A stretch of DNA of 32,000 nt from Candidatus Buchananbacteria bacterium (GCA_030592165.1 JAUVKC010000002.1:1-32000), one strand, 5' to 3'. Positions 17,439 through 25,504 are shown, counted from the first letter of the stretch. Program-made: numbers and translations. Notes: generated from the letters alone by a model not told the origin.

Positions 17439-18320
17439 ATGCCAGAACTGCCAGAGGTAGAAACAGTAAAAAGAGGTCTTGCTAAAAGTTTAAAAAATAA
17501 AGTTATTAAAGACTTTGATTGTGATTGGCAGAAAATGATTAATTATCCATTAAAAGATTATAGGGATAAGATTTTAGGGCTAATTGTTATTGATGTTGAA
17601 AGAATAGCTAAAATGATTAAAATAAAATTATCAGATAATTTAAATATTTTAATTCATTTAAAAATGACTGGTCAGCTTGTTTTTTCTCAGCCAGAAATAA
17701 CTGAGGAAAAAGATTGTGTTATTGGTGGTCATCCAATTATCGAAGGTTTTAATTGTTTGCCAAATAAATATACACATGCTAAATTTATTTTCACTGACAA
17801 TAGTCATTTGTTTTTTAATGACGTACGTAAGTTTGGTTGGGTTAGATTATTTAATGACCAGGAATTAAAAGACCAGATTGCCAAATTAAACATGGGAGCT
17901 GAACCATTAAGATCTGAATTTACTCTTAGATATTTACAAAATAAATTAAAGTCACGACCAAAATCAAAAATTAAACCATTTTTGCTTGATCCTAAAAACT
18001 TAGTTGGAATTGGTAATATATATTCAGATGAGATTTGTTATTTTGCGAAAATTAGCCCAGAAAGATTAGTAAAGTCTTTTAAAAAAAATGAAATTGAGTT
18101 AATATATAAGGGAATTCAAGCTATTTTAAAAGCTTCAATTAAAGAGCAAGGCACAACTTTTCGTGATTATAGAAATTCTTCTGGTGAACCAGGTGGATAT
18201 GCTAAAAAACTCAAAGTTTACGGTCGCAATGGTCAACCTTGTTTAAAATGTAAACAAATAATTAATAAAACTAAAATAGCTGGCAGAACATCATCGTTTT
18301 GTCCTAATTGTCAAAAGTGA
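17439..18320 (+). CDS. mutM: Formamidopyrimidine-DNA glycosylase
   Basis: MPELPEVETV N-terminus and a C-terminal CxxC...CxxC zinc finger. Confidence 0.95.
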   Translation: MPELPEVETVKRGLAKSLKNKVIKDFDCDWQKMINYPLKDYRDKILGLIVIDVERIAKMIKIKLSDNLNILIHLKMTGQLVFSQPEITEEKDCVIGGHPIIEGFNCLPNKYTHAKFIFTDNSHLFFNDVRKFGWVRLFNDQELKDQIAKLNMGAEPLRSEFTLRYLQNKLKSRPKSKIKPFLLDPKNLVGIGNIYSDEICYFAKISPERLVKSFKKNEIELIYKGIQAILKASIKEQGTTFRDYRNSSGEPGGYAKKLKVYGRNGQPCLKCKQIINKTKIAGRTSSFCPNCQK

Positions 18321-18366
18321 TACCTGCCTTCGTAAAAGCTACGGGTAGCAGGGATACGGCAGGCAG
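18321..18366 (+). repeat. GC-rich nested palindromic intergenic element
   Basis: CCTGCC...GGCAGG outer stem enclosing GCTAC-GG-GTAGC, with a TTCG motif. It stands out against the AT-rich background and has no T-run. Confidence 0.5.
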
Positions 18367-18374
18367 ATAACTTT

Positions 18375-18791
18375 ATGGTTTATTCAAATAATTTCACAAT
18401 TGAAACACAAGGGAAGACTGATTTGCATAATATTACTTCTGAGGTTGTAAAAATAATTGATGAGTCCAAAATTAAAAATGGTCAGGTTTTGATTTATATC
18501 ACAGGAACAACAGCCAGTATTACAACTATGGAGGTTCAGGCTGAACTGGATAAAGATTTGAGCGAGGCCCTTGAGATTATAGCACCTGCTGACAAGGAAT
18601 ATCATCACGACAAGAAATGGGATGATCATAACGGTTATTCTCATATACGTTCAACTTTTATTGGTAATTCAATTACAGTACCTTTAGTTAATGGAGAAAT
18701 AGTTTTGGGCACCTGGCAACAAATTGTACTTTTAGATTTTGATAATAAAAAAAGAGACCGTTTGGTCACAGTGCAGATAGTAGGTGAGTAA
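18375..18791 (+). CDS. yjbQ: YjbQ/UPF0047 family protein (secondary thiamine-phosphate synthase-like)
   Basis: TGTTASITT.E, NGYSHIRS and G.WQQI.L.DFD motifs. Confidence 0.85.
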   Translation: MVYSNNFTIETQGKTDLHNITSEVVKIIDESKIKNGQVLIYITGTTASITTMEVQAELDKDLSEALEIIAPADKEYHHDKKWDDHNGYSHIRSTFIGNSITVPLVNGEIVLGTWQQIVLLDFDNKKRDRLVTVQIVGE

Positions 18792-18834
18792 ATTTTTAAA
18801 GTACTAAGCACTAATATCTAAATTCTAAACAAAT

Positions 18835-18874
18835 AAAAAAACTCTAAATTATATTTTTTTGAATTAGAGTTTTA
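18835..18874. terminator. Bidirectional terminator between convergent yjbQ and the PAP2 gene
   Basis: A-run, then AACTCTAA-N16-TTAGAGTT, then a T-run. It is nested inside a longer inverted repeat. Confidence 0.6.
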
Positions 18875-18916
18875 AATTTAAAAATTAAATTTTGTTTAGA
18901 GTTTAGTGTTTCGGAT

Positions 18917-19333
18917 TTAAAAAAGTATTGCTATTATTATGCCAAGGAGAATACCTGCAGTTGCTTGTAGATATGTGTGGCCTAGCCTTTCTTCCAAAAA
19001 AGGATATTTATCTTCTTGTTTACCAGGAAGATCCTTGATTAACATATTTAGAATCTTAGCATGATTGCCAAGATAACGACGAAGTCCAACTGCGTCACGA
19101 ACAATTAAAAATGAAATAGCGATAGCAATCGCAAAGGCAGCTGAATTAAACCCGCTTTGTAAACCGATTTCAGCGCATAATCCTCCGACCATCGCTGAAT
19201 GCGAAGAAGGCATCCCACCGTAGCGATTAAAATTACTCCACGAAAATTGACCCTTTATAGCATCAATAATCACTTTGATTAATTGAGCGATGATTAAAGC
19301 AATGAAGGGGATTAAAACAATTTTGTAATCCAT
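18917..19333 (-). CDS. Divergent PAP2-family membrane phosphatase (DUF212-type)
   Basis: GGMPSSHSA and RD..GLRR motifs. The start is set at ATG 19333. A longer ORF reaching 19405 would overlap uppP. Confidence 0.8.
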   Translation of the reverse strand: MDYKIVLIPFIALIIAQLIKVIIDAIKGQFSWSNFNRYGGMPSSHSAMVGGLCAEIGLQSGFNSAAFAIAIAISFLIVRDAVGLRRYLGNHAKILNMLIKDLPGKQEDKYPFLEERLGHTYLQATAGILLGIIIAILF

Positions 19334-19338
19334 AAAAT

Positions 19339-20151
19339 ATGATTTATTTATTTTCAATATTATTAGGGTTTGTGCAGGGGATAACAGAATTTCTACCTGT
19401 TTCAAGTTCTGGTCATTTAGTCATCCTGCATGAAGTTTTGAATTTTTCATTGGATGATAATTTAATATTTGATGTATCTTTGCATTTGGGAACATTGCTA
19501 GCCTTGATTGTTTACTTCTTTAAAGATATTATAATCTATTTCAAGGCTTTTTTAAAGAGTTTTTTGAATTGGGATTTGAAAAATAATCTTGATCAAAGAA
19601 TATCATGGTATATTTTAATATCTATGATCCCGGCTGCTTTTGTAGGTTATTTTTTTGAAGAAGTGATTGAGAATCTTTTCCGTTCAACTTTTTCAGTTGC
19701 CATAGTTTTAATTTTAGTATCATTTTTGTTCATATTAGCAGAAAAGTATTCAGCCCAAAACAAGGATTTTAATAGTTTAACATGGGTAAAATCTTTAATT
19801 ATAGGTATTGCTCAGGCATTTGCTTTAATACCTGGGGTTTCTCGATCAGGTATAACAATTGTAAGTGGTATGTTATTTAATTTAAGTAGAGAGAAGGCAG
19901 CAAGGTTTTCTTTCATTATGGCTATTCCTATTGTTTTTGCAGCCGGAACAAAAAAAAGTATTGACGCCTTTGATGTCTTGGCAAGAAATGAGATTTACTT
20001 AATAATAATTGGTTTTATTGTCTCAGCAATTGTTGGTTATTTTGCTATTAAATACTTTTTAAAATTCGTCCAAAAGTATTCACTTAATTGGTTTGCCGGC
20101 TATAGAATTACTTTAGGTTTAATAATATTAATTTATATTTTTTTGAAATAA
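19339..20151 (+). CDS. uppP: Undecaprenyl-diphosphate phosphatase
   Basis: LGFVQGITEFLPVSSSGHL and PGVSRSG motifs. A polytopic membrane protein. Confidence 0.95.
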   Translation: MIYLFSILLGFVQGITEFLPVSSSGHLVILHEVLNFSLDDNLIFDVSLHLGTLLALIVYFFKDIIIYFKAFLKSFLNWDLKNNLDQRISWYILISMIPAAFVGYFFEEVIENLFRSTFSVAIVLILVSFLFILAEKYSAQNKDFNSLTWVKSLIIGIAQAFALIPGVSRSGITIVSGMLFNLSREKAARFSFIMAIPIVFAAGTKKSIDAFDVLARNEIYLIIIGFIVSAIVGYFAIKYFLKFVQKYSLNWFAGYRITLGLIILIYIFLK

Positions 20152-20154
20152 TTT

Positions 20155-21201
20155 ATGAAAAAACTTTTAATCATTTTAGTCATCTTAATTTTAGTTATTA
20201 TTGCAGGTTGGATGTTTAAACTCGTCTATATTTCACAATCAGGTATAGGTGATATAAAAATTTTTACAATTGAATCAGGTGAGGGCGTTAATGCAATTAG
20301 TCGTAATTTGAAAAATGAAGGTTTACTTGATAATTCATTGATTTTTGAAACTTTGTTGTGGTTAAAGAATAATGAAAGTAAAATCCAAGCAGGGGAATAT
20401 CACTTACAGGACACCCAAAGCATAAACGATTTAATTAAAACATTAATCACCGGAGAAGCAGTTATTAATGAAATTGAGATTAAAATATTAGAAGGTTGGA
20501 ACTTGCGTGATGTAGGTTTTTATTTAGAAAATCAGGGAATTGCTCAGGCGGAGGAATTATGGGAATTAGTTGGTTTTCCTGGAGTAGACCACGAATTAGC
20601 AACTGACTTATCATTGCCAATAGATTATGCAGCTGATTACGAGTTTTTGAAAGAAAAACCAAAGAATTTAAGTTATGAAGGGTATTTGTTTCCTGATACT
20701 TATCGTATTTTTAAAAATACAACTGTTAAGGATATTGTTATTAAAATGTTAAACAATTTTGATAAAAAAATAACTTCAAAAATGTTAGGTGATATAAAAA
20801 ATCAGGATAAGACACTGTATGAAATATTGACATTAGCTTCAATCATTGAAAAAGAAGGCGATACCCCAGAAAATAAAAAGAAAGTAGCTGGTGTCTACCA
20901 CAATCGTTTGGAAATTGGTATGGCTCTTCAAGCTGATCCAACAGTTAATTATATTACTGGTAAAACAACTGATAGGCCAACTTATGAAGATATTGAAACA
21001 GATAATCATTATAATACATATATGTATCCAGGTTTACCGCCAGGACCAATTACTAATCCAGGCTTAGATTCGATAAAAGCCGCTATATATCCTGATAGAA
21101 ATAATTATTTTTATTTCATAAATACACCTGATGGTGAAATGGTTTTTGCAAAAACTTTCGACCAGCACAAAGCTAATCGCGTTAAATATTTTAAAGATTA
21201 A
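20155..21201 (+). CDS. mltG: Endolytic murein transglycosylase MltG (YceG family)
   Basis: N-terminal TM helix, with ASIIEKE, VYHNRL...LQADPTV and PGLPPGPI.NPG motifs. Confidence 0.95.
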   Translation: MKKLLIILVILILVIIAGWMFKLVYISQSGIGDIKIFTIESGEGVNAISRNLKNEGLLDNSLIFETLLWLKNNESKIQAGEYHLQDTQSINDLIKTLITGEAVINEIEIKILEGWNLRDVGFYLENQGIAQAEELWELVGFPGVDHELATDLSLPIDYAADYEFLKEKPKNLSYEGYLFPDTYRIFKNTTVKDIVIKMLNNFDKKITSKMLGDIKNQDKTLYEILTLASIIEKEGDTPENKKKVAGVYHNRLEIGMALQADPTVNYITGKTTDRPTYEDIETDNHYNTYMYPGLPPGPITNPGLDSIKAAIYPDRNNYFYFINTPDGEMVFAKTFDQHKANRVKYFKD

Positions 21202-21256
21202 TTCGCAAATAGCAAATGGCTTATAAATATCTGCCATATGCCATTAGCCAAAAATT

Positions 21257-21835
21257 ATGATAGACAAAAAACTTTTTACAAAACTTCAAAAAGATTATGA
21301 ATCTTATGATATTGGTCGTAGAATTATAATTAAGCATTCAAATGATATTTTGAAATTATCAAAGCAAGCTATTTTTGCTTTGCATAGAGAAAATATTGAA
21401 GATTCAAAGAAAAAATTAGATGAAGCAGGCAAAGAACTTAAATATCTTGAAGAAAAGATTAGCCAAGAAAAAGGTTTAGATCGTGAAGGCTCATATTTGG
21501 CAGCAGTTGAAGAATTTGTAGAAGCTAATTTATTTTATCAATTTATAACAACAGGTAAGGTGGGGGAGATAAAAGGTTTTAATATTGGCACAAATAGTTA
21601 TTTGGGTGGATATAGTGATCTTACTGGCGAAATTGTTAGACGAGCAGTTTTTTTAGCAACCAATAGAAAATATAAAGAAGTCGCTAAATGTAGACAAGCT
21701 ATAGAAGAAATTGTTGGGCAATTAATTTTACTTAACCTTGGTGGTTACTTGAGAACAAAATTTGATCAGTCAAAAAATAGTTTACGTAAGATTGAAGATA
21801 TTATGTATGATCTGGAATTGAAACGAAAAAAATAA
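21257..21835 (+). CDS. Translin-family protein
   Basis: All-helical 192-aa protein with the YLGGYSDLTGEIVRR motif (translin/TRAX YL.G..D..GEL.R) and an upstream EEFVEA segment. Confidence 0.6.
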   Translation: MIDKKLFTKLQKDYESYDIGRRIIIKHSNDILKLSKQAIFALHRENIEDSKKKLDEAGKELKYLEEKISQEKGLDREGSYLAAVEEFVEANLFYQFITTGKVGEIKGFNIGTNSYLGGYSDLTGEIVRRAVFLATNRKYKEVAKCRQAIEEIVGQLILLNLGGYLRTKFDQSKNSLRKIEDIMYDLELKRKK

Positions 21836-21854
21836 ATAAAAAATTTATAAAATA

Positions 21855-21888
21855 AAAAGGGATTTTCGCTTCGCGAAAATCCCTTTGA
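21855..21888. terminator. Bidirectional terminator between the translin-like gene and the convergent 386-aa gene
   Basis: GGGATTTTCGC-TTC-GCGAAAATCCC, a perfect 11-bp stem flanked by A- and T-rich runs. Confidence 0.8.
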
Positions 21889-21890
21889 TT

Positions 21891-23051
21891 TTATCCTTGA
21901 ATTTTAACTACATATTTAACGCTGCCAATAATTTTTTGATCATTGCCAATTTCAATTTTATACATTGAAAGGGCAGCATATAATTTGCCAATTTTTTTCA
22001 TCTCAGAGGTATTATCATTTTTGTCATATTCTCTTAAAAGTAGCTTTTCAGCAAGTTTTAGAATTTCCCAGAACACCTCCATTTTATCCAGTGTACGACT
22101 GTGTCTTTTGACATTGCGTAATTCTTCCATAGCACGTTCTTGAATTTCTTCTTCTGAAAAATCTGGTATTAATTCCCTGAGCATACTGACAATTCCAACA
22201 GGTGAAACTTCATGGACAACTGATTTTAATCTAAATTCAACATCTTGTCCATCACAAACTTCCTGTGTTATGGGATTCTTGGTCTCCATTGGGGGAAGCT
22301 GAATACTGTCAAAAAGGTCATCTACCTCATCTTCAGTAGGAGCTAATGGCTGGTTACTGATTTCTTGTGTGGCAGTTTGTAATTTTTCTTCTTGGATTTC
22401 TTTTAATTCAATTTCAACGGGTATGTATTTGCTAAGAATGGTTTCAAAAATTTTATCAACATCTTCCAGATTCATGTCAGGTAATTGCGGGAACTCCAGT
22501 TTTATTAAGGCTTTAAGCTCTTCTGGTGAAGTTCGAATATGAAAACTGGCCATTTTTTTTGCTGCTAATTTTAGTTCTGCTTTGAAAGTGTACTGAGGTC
22601 TTTTTCGCATAATAATTTCTTGATTGACTCTGGTTTCAATCATAAGAGAACTAATAATGGCTCTAATTAAAGCAATTCTATCAAGTTCTTTTTTTTCTTC
22701 CAGAGTCATTTCATCGAAATATTGTAGAACATTTTCTTTAGCATAATGTGACCACATATGTATCGTATGGTCAGTCAATACTACTTCTCGCCAAATTTCT
22801 TCGTTATGGATGTCGTGCCCTTTTAAGAACATGGGGATTAGTTCATAAGTTTCTTCATTACTAATCCAAGCACCAAGCTCTATTAAAATATTCAGAACTT
22901 TTTGCCAGCGATTCCTGAATGCTAATACCGCAAGATCGAAGTCGCATTTATCTTTTTGAATACTTTGCATTATTTCAAGTGCATCACCAGATTCAAAAAT
23001 TGTTTCAAGCGCTAGACCAAAAATTGCATACCTTGCTTTTTTCGATAACAT
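21891..23051 (-). CDS. Hypothetical acidic, mostly helical protein
   Basis: 386-aa ORF with a GGAGGG Shine-Dalgarno 5 nt upstream. No TM segment and no recognisable motif. Confidence 0.6.
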   Translation of the reverse strand: MLSKKARYAIFGLALETIFESGDALEIMQSIQKDKCDFDLAVLAFRNRWQKVLNILIELGAWISNEETYELIPMFLKGHDIHNEEIWREVVLTDHTIHMWSHYAKENVLQYFDEMTLEEKKELDRIALIRAIISSLMIETRVNQEIIMRKRPQYTFKAELKLAAKKMASFHIRTSPEELKALIKLEFPQLPDMNLEDVDKIFETILSKYIPVEIELKEIQEEKLQTATQEISNQPLAPTEDEVDDLFDSIQLPPMETKNPITQEVCDGQDVEFRLKSVVHEVSPVGIVSMLRELIPDFSEEEIQERAMEELRNVKRHSRTLDKMEVFWEILKLAEKLLLREYDKNDNTSEMKKIGKLYAALSMYKIEIGNDQKIIGSVKYVVKIQG

Positions 23052-23158
23052 GTTATCCCTCCTTAAAATAGTAATTTAAATGTTCAATCCATATTATAAT
23101 TTAGCATGAAACTATTGATTTGTCAATGAGTTGCTATATATGTTAATATATCAGTATT

Positions 23159-23716
23159 ATGGAAAAACGAATTAGTAAAATATTAACAAAATTAGAAGTA
23201 TTAAACCAAAAAGGAGGTCAGTGGAATATTTCTCACGAAACTGGTCAGTTTTTGCATGATTTGATTATAAAAAATAAGCCAGAACTTATCCTTGAGATAG
23301 GCGCTTCTAATGGTTATTCAACTATTTGGTTAGCTATGGCTGCGCAAAAGGTTGACGCTAAGGTTATTACTTATGAATTTGTACCAGAAAAAGTGCGTGA
23401 TTTAGTTTCTAATTTGCAAAAAGCCGGATTAATTAAATATGTCCAAGTTGTTCCTGATGATGCTAATAAGCGGTTGGGGGAGATAGATGAAAAGGTTGAT
23501 TTTGTATTTTTAGACGGCCGCAAAAATGAGTATTTGCAACAATTTAAATTACTTGAACCAAATTTTAAACAAGGATCTTTAGTAGTCGCTGACAATGTTA
23601 ATTCTCATACACATGTATTGCAGGATTATTTATATTATGTTAATAATAGTAAAGAGTATAAATCAAAATTAAAAGATATCGGATCAGGATTAGAAATAAC
23701 TGAGAAGATATCATAA
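23159..23716 (+). CDS. Class I SAM-dependent O-methyltransferase (caffeoyl-CoA OMT / YrrM-like)
   Basis: LEIGASNGYST.WLA, FLDGRK.EY and ADNV motifs. Confidence 0.8.
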   Translation: MEKRISKILTKLEVLNQKGGQWNISHETGQFLHDLIIKNKPELILEIGASNGYSTIWLAMAAQKVDAKVITYEFVPEKVRDLVSNLQKAGLIKYVQVVPDDANKRLGEIDEKVDFVFLDGRKNEYLQQFKLLEPNFKQGSLVVADNVNSHTHVLQDYLYYVNNSKEYKSKLKDIGSGLEITEKIS

Positions 23717-23766
23717 TTTAATTTGTTCATTCCAATTTAATATTTTTTTTATAAGGAGGAAATAAA

Positions 23767-23997
23767 ATGATATTAAAAGTAATTGGTGTTTTTTTATTGG
23801 GTTTTATTATTATTGTTGGTTGTGTTCTATGTTGTTTTCAGATTCTTGAAGGCTGGAAAGAGTTTAAAGAATTAATTTTACCAGATGATCATGAAAAGGA
23901 ACTTATGGCAAATATGAGAAAACAACAAAATGATACAAATCAAATGGAGGTGCATGAGAGAATAAAAATGTTATCTAATAATGAAAAAAGTAGATGA
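23767..23997 (+). CDS. Small membrane protein (one N-terminal TM helix)
   Basis: AAGGAGG Shine-Dalgarno 7 nt upstream. Hydrophobic VIGVFLLGFIIIVGCVLCCF segment, then a charged tail. Confidence 0.55.
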   Translation: MILKVIGVFLLGFIIIVGCVLCCFQILEGWKEFKELILPDDHEKELMANMRKQQNDTNQMEVHERIKMLSNNEKSR

Positions 23998-24223
23998 ATA
24001 CGAAGAAAAAAGCATGAAAGAAAATTTTGAAGATGATAGGAATTGCAGAAATTTTTTCTACATCATAGATAATATGGCAGTAATATTGGTTTTTGGAGTA
24101 AGCCAAAAAGGAGGAATATGTGCCAAACCACATGGGAGTGAGTATTGTTATCCACACTCATTAAGAAAAGCTGAACTCTAAACTTCAGCTAAACCAGATA
24201 GGATTACAACTTTGGAGGTTATT

Positions 24224-24475
24224 ATGGTAAATCTTTTTATTCGGACTTTGGCTATTTTAGCGGTGTGTGTGTTTGCATTCTTCCCTATGGGGGGATGCGA
24301 CGATGAAACAATTTCATCAGGAACAGGAAGCGGAAGTAGCTGCCCACCTGGTACCTGTTCTGTAGCGTATGTCTGTTGTCCAACAGATTATCCTTGGTCA
24401 CAAGGTACGAAGTGCTTTGTATCTTCAGCAGATTGTCATGCCTACGGTGCCACCACATGTTACGAGTGCAATTAA
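24224..24475 (+). CDS. Small Cys-rich putative lipoprotein
   Basis: GGAGG 5 nt upstream of ATG 24224. Signal peptide with a lipobox-like PMGG|C. The mature ~59 aa carry 8 further Cys. GC is visibly higher than in neighbouring genes. Confidence 0.6.
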   Translation: MVNLFIRTLAILAVCVFAFFPMGGCDDETISSGTGSGSSCPPGTCSVAYVCCPTDYPWSQGTKCFVSSADCHAYGATTCYECN

Positions 24476-24674
24476 TCAGGCTTATCGAACCGTTATTCTC
24501 CATCTTCTTATCAATGGCATGCTTTGGCATACCGCGGCTGCATGAAAAGATGGTTTTGGGTAGAGTGTCGATTGTATTGAAGATATATAATGTGGCATTT
24601 GATAGTGCTACATAAAACCAAAAAAAATACTCTGGTTCATTTATCAATTTAAATTGGAGATTTTCATTTATTTT

Positions 24675-24703
24675 AAAGGACAAGTTAATAACTTGTCCTT
24701 TTT
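24675..24703 (+). terminator. Terminator upstream of rlmH
   Basis: GGACAAGTT-AAT-AACTTGTCC followed by T5. Confidence 0.75.
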
Positions 24704-24729
24704 AATTTATACTAGTAATATATAATTAT

Positions 24730-25197
24730 ATGAAAATAAAAATAATAACAATTTCAAAAACAAAATCAGCGTATTCTGATCTTGAAAATGAATTTTTAAA
24801 GCGTTTGCAAAAATACGCTAAAATTGAAGTTTTAAATATAAAAGAAGAACCAATTACTAAAAATCGTTCACATGATGATATTAAAGCTATAGAAGGGGAG
24901 AAGTTAGTCTCTAAGATCGATCAGGATGCTTTTATAGTAGTTTTAGACGATAAAGGTAAACAATTCACTAGTCAGGAATTTGCTAAGCAAATAGAGCAAA
25001 TACGCGACTTTAAAGGTGCTAAAATAAATTTTATTATTGGTGGGCCTTTAGGGTTGAGCGGTGAAATCTTGGGAAGGGCTAATTTAGTTATATCATTTTC
25101 TCATATGACTTTTACTCATCAAATGATTAGATTATTGTTACTTGAACAATTGTACCGAGCATTCGAGATCTTAAAAGGTACTGGCTATCATAAATAA
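24730..25197 (+). CDS. rlmH: 23S rRNA (pseudouridine1915-N3)-methyltransferase RlmH (SPOUT)
   Basis: 155 aa, with GGPLGLS and C-terminal THQM.R.LL.EQLYRA....G..YHK motifs. Confidence 0.9.
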   Translation: MKIKIITISKTKSAYSDLENEFLKRLQKYAKIEVLNIKEEPITKNRSHDDIKAIEGEKLVSKIDQDAFIVVLDDKGKQFTSQEFAKQIEQIRDFKGAKINFIIGGPLGLSGEILGRANLVISFSHMTFTHQMIRLLLLEQLYRAFEILKGTGYHK

Positions 25198-25254
25198 TAT
25201 AATGACAAAGTCTTGAGAATTCGTTATAGGTTAGCCTAAATATGGCTAAATAGA

Positions 25255-25283
25255 TTGACAAAAAAGTTTAGATATGCTATAAT
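25255..25283 (+). promoter_or_regulatory. Near-consensus sigma-70 promoter of the riboswitch transcript
   Basis: TTGACA, 17 nt spacer, TGcTATAAT. Confidence 0.7.
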
Positions 25284-25302
25284 ATCTTTATAGTAAAAAC
25301 TC

Positions 25303-25430
25303 AATAGTTATCAAGAGAGCAGTATCCGGAACTGGCCTTATGATACTGTCAGCAACCTATCTAGTAAATTTACACATTTACAGGATAAGGTGCTAATTCC
25401 AGCCCTGCCATTCAGGGGAAGATAATAAGT
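25303..25430 (+). promoter_or_regulatory. SAM-I (S-box) riboswitch aptamer
   Basis: UUAUCAAGAGAG, GGAACUGGCC, UUAUGA, AGCAACC, AAGGUGCUAAUUCC and GAAGAUAA occur in canonical order, with P2a (CAGUA/UACUG), P3 and P4 pairings. Confidence 0.8.
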
Positions 25431-25442
25431 TATATATTACAG

Positions 25443-25476
25443 ATCTTACCCCTTCATGGAGCGTAAGGTTTTTTGT
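25443..25476 (+). terminator. Riboswitch expression-platform terminator
   Basis: ATCTTAC-N13-GTAAGGT followed by TTTTT. The 5' arm ATCTT is complementary to AAGAT of the P1 3' strand, which gives an antiterminator option. Confidence 0.6.
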
Positions 25477-25504
25477 TTATAACTAACTACTTAGTTAAAA
25501 ATTT

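Noticed and set aside
19334-19405. Longer PAP2 ORF starting at 19405
   Set aside because: It would overlap the conserved N-terminus of uppP by 67 nt. The first 24 residues are not membrane-protein-like. The ATG at 19333 begins right at the first TM helix. The longer form is kept as an alternative in the findings.
24148-24156. Single perfect DnaA box TTATCCACA
   Set aside because: One isolated 9-mer in 32 kb, counting both strands, is within chance expectation. There is no neighbouring box and no AT-rich unwinding element.
23975-24181. 66-aa plus-strand ORF (23981-24181) and 60-aa minus-strand ORF (23975-24157) between the small membrane protein and the lipoprotein gene
   Set aside because: Neither has a Shine-Dalgarno. 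The two are mutually exclusive and their compositions are unremarkable. I could not decide that either is real, so the region is left unannotated. A 7-codon ORF after AAAGGAGG at 24108 was also judged too short to call.
24285-24683. 132-aa minus-strand ORF and 79-aa plus-strand ORF (24376-24615) overlapping the Cys-rich gene and its tail
   Set aside because: The minus-strand ORF is antisense to a gene with a strong ribosome-binding site and signal peptide, and it runs through a terminator. The plus-strand ORF is an alternative frame without a ribosome-binding site.
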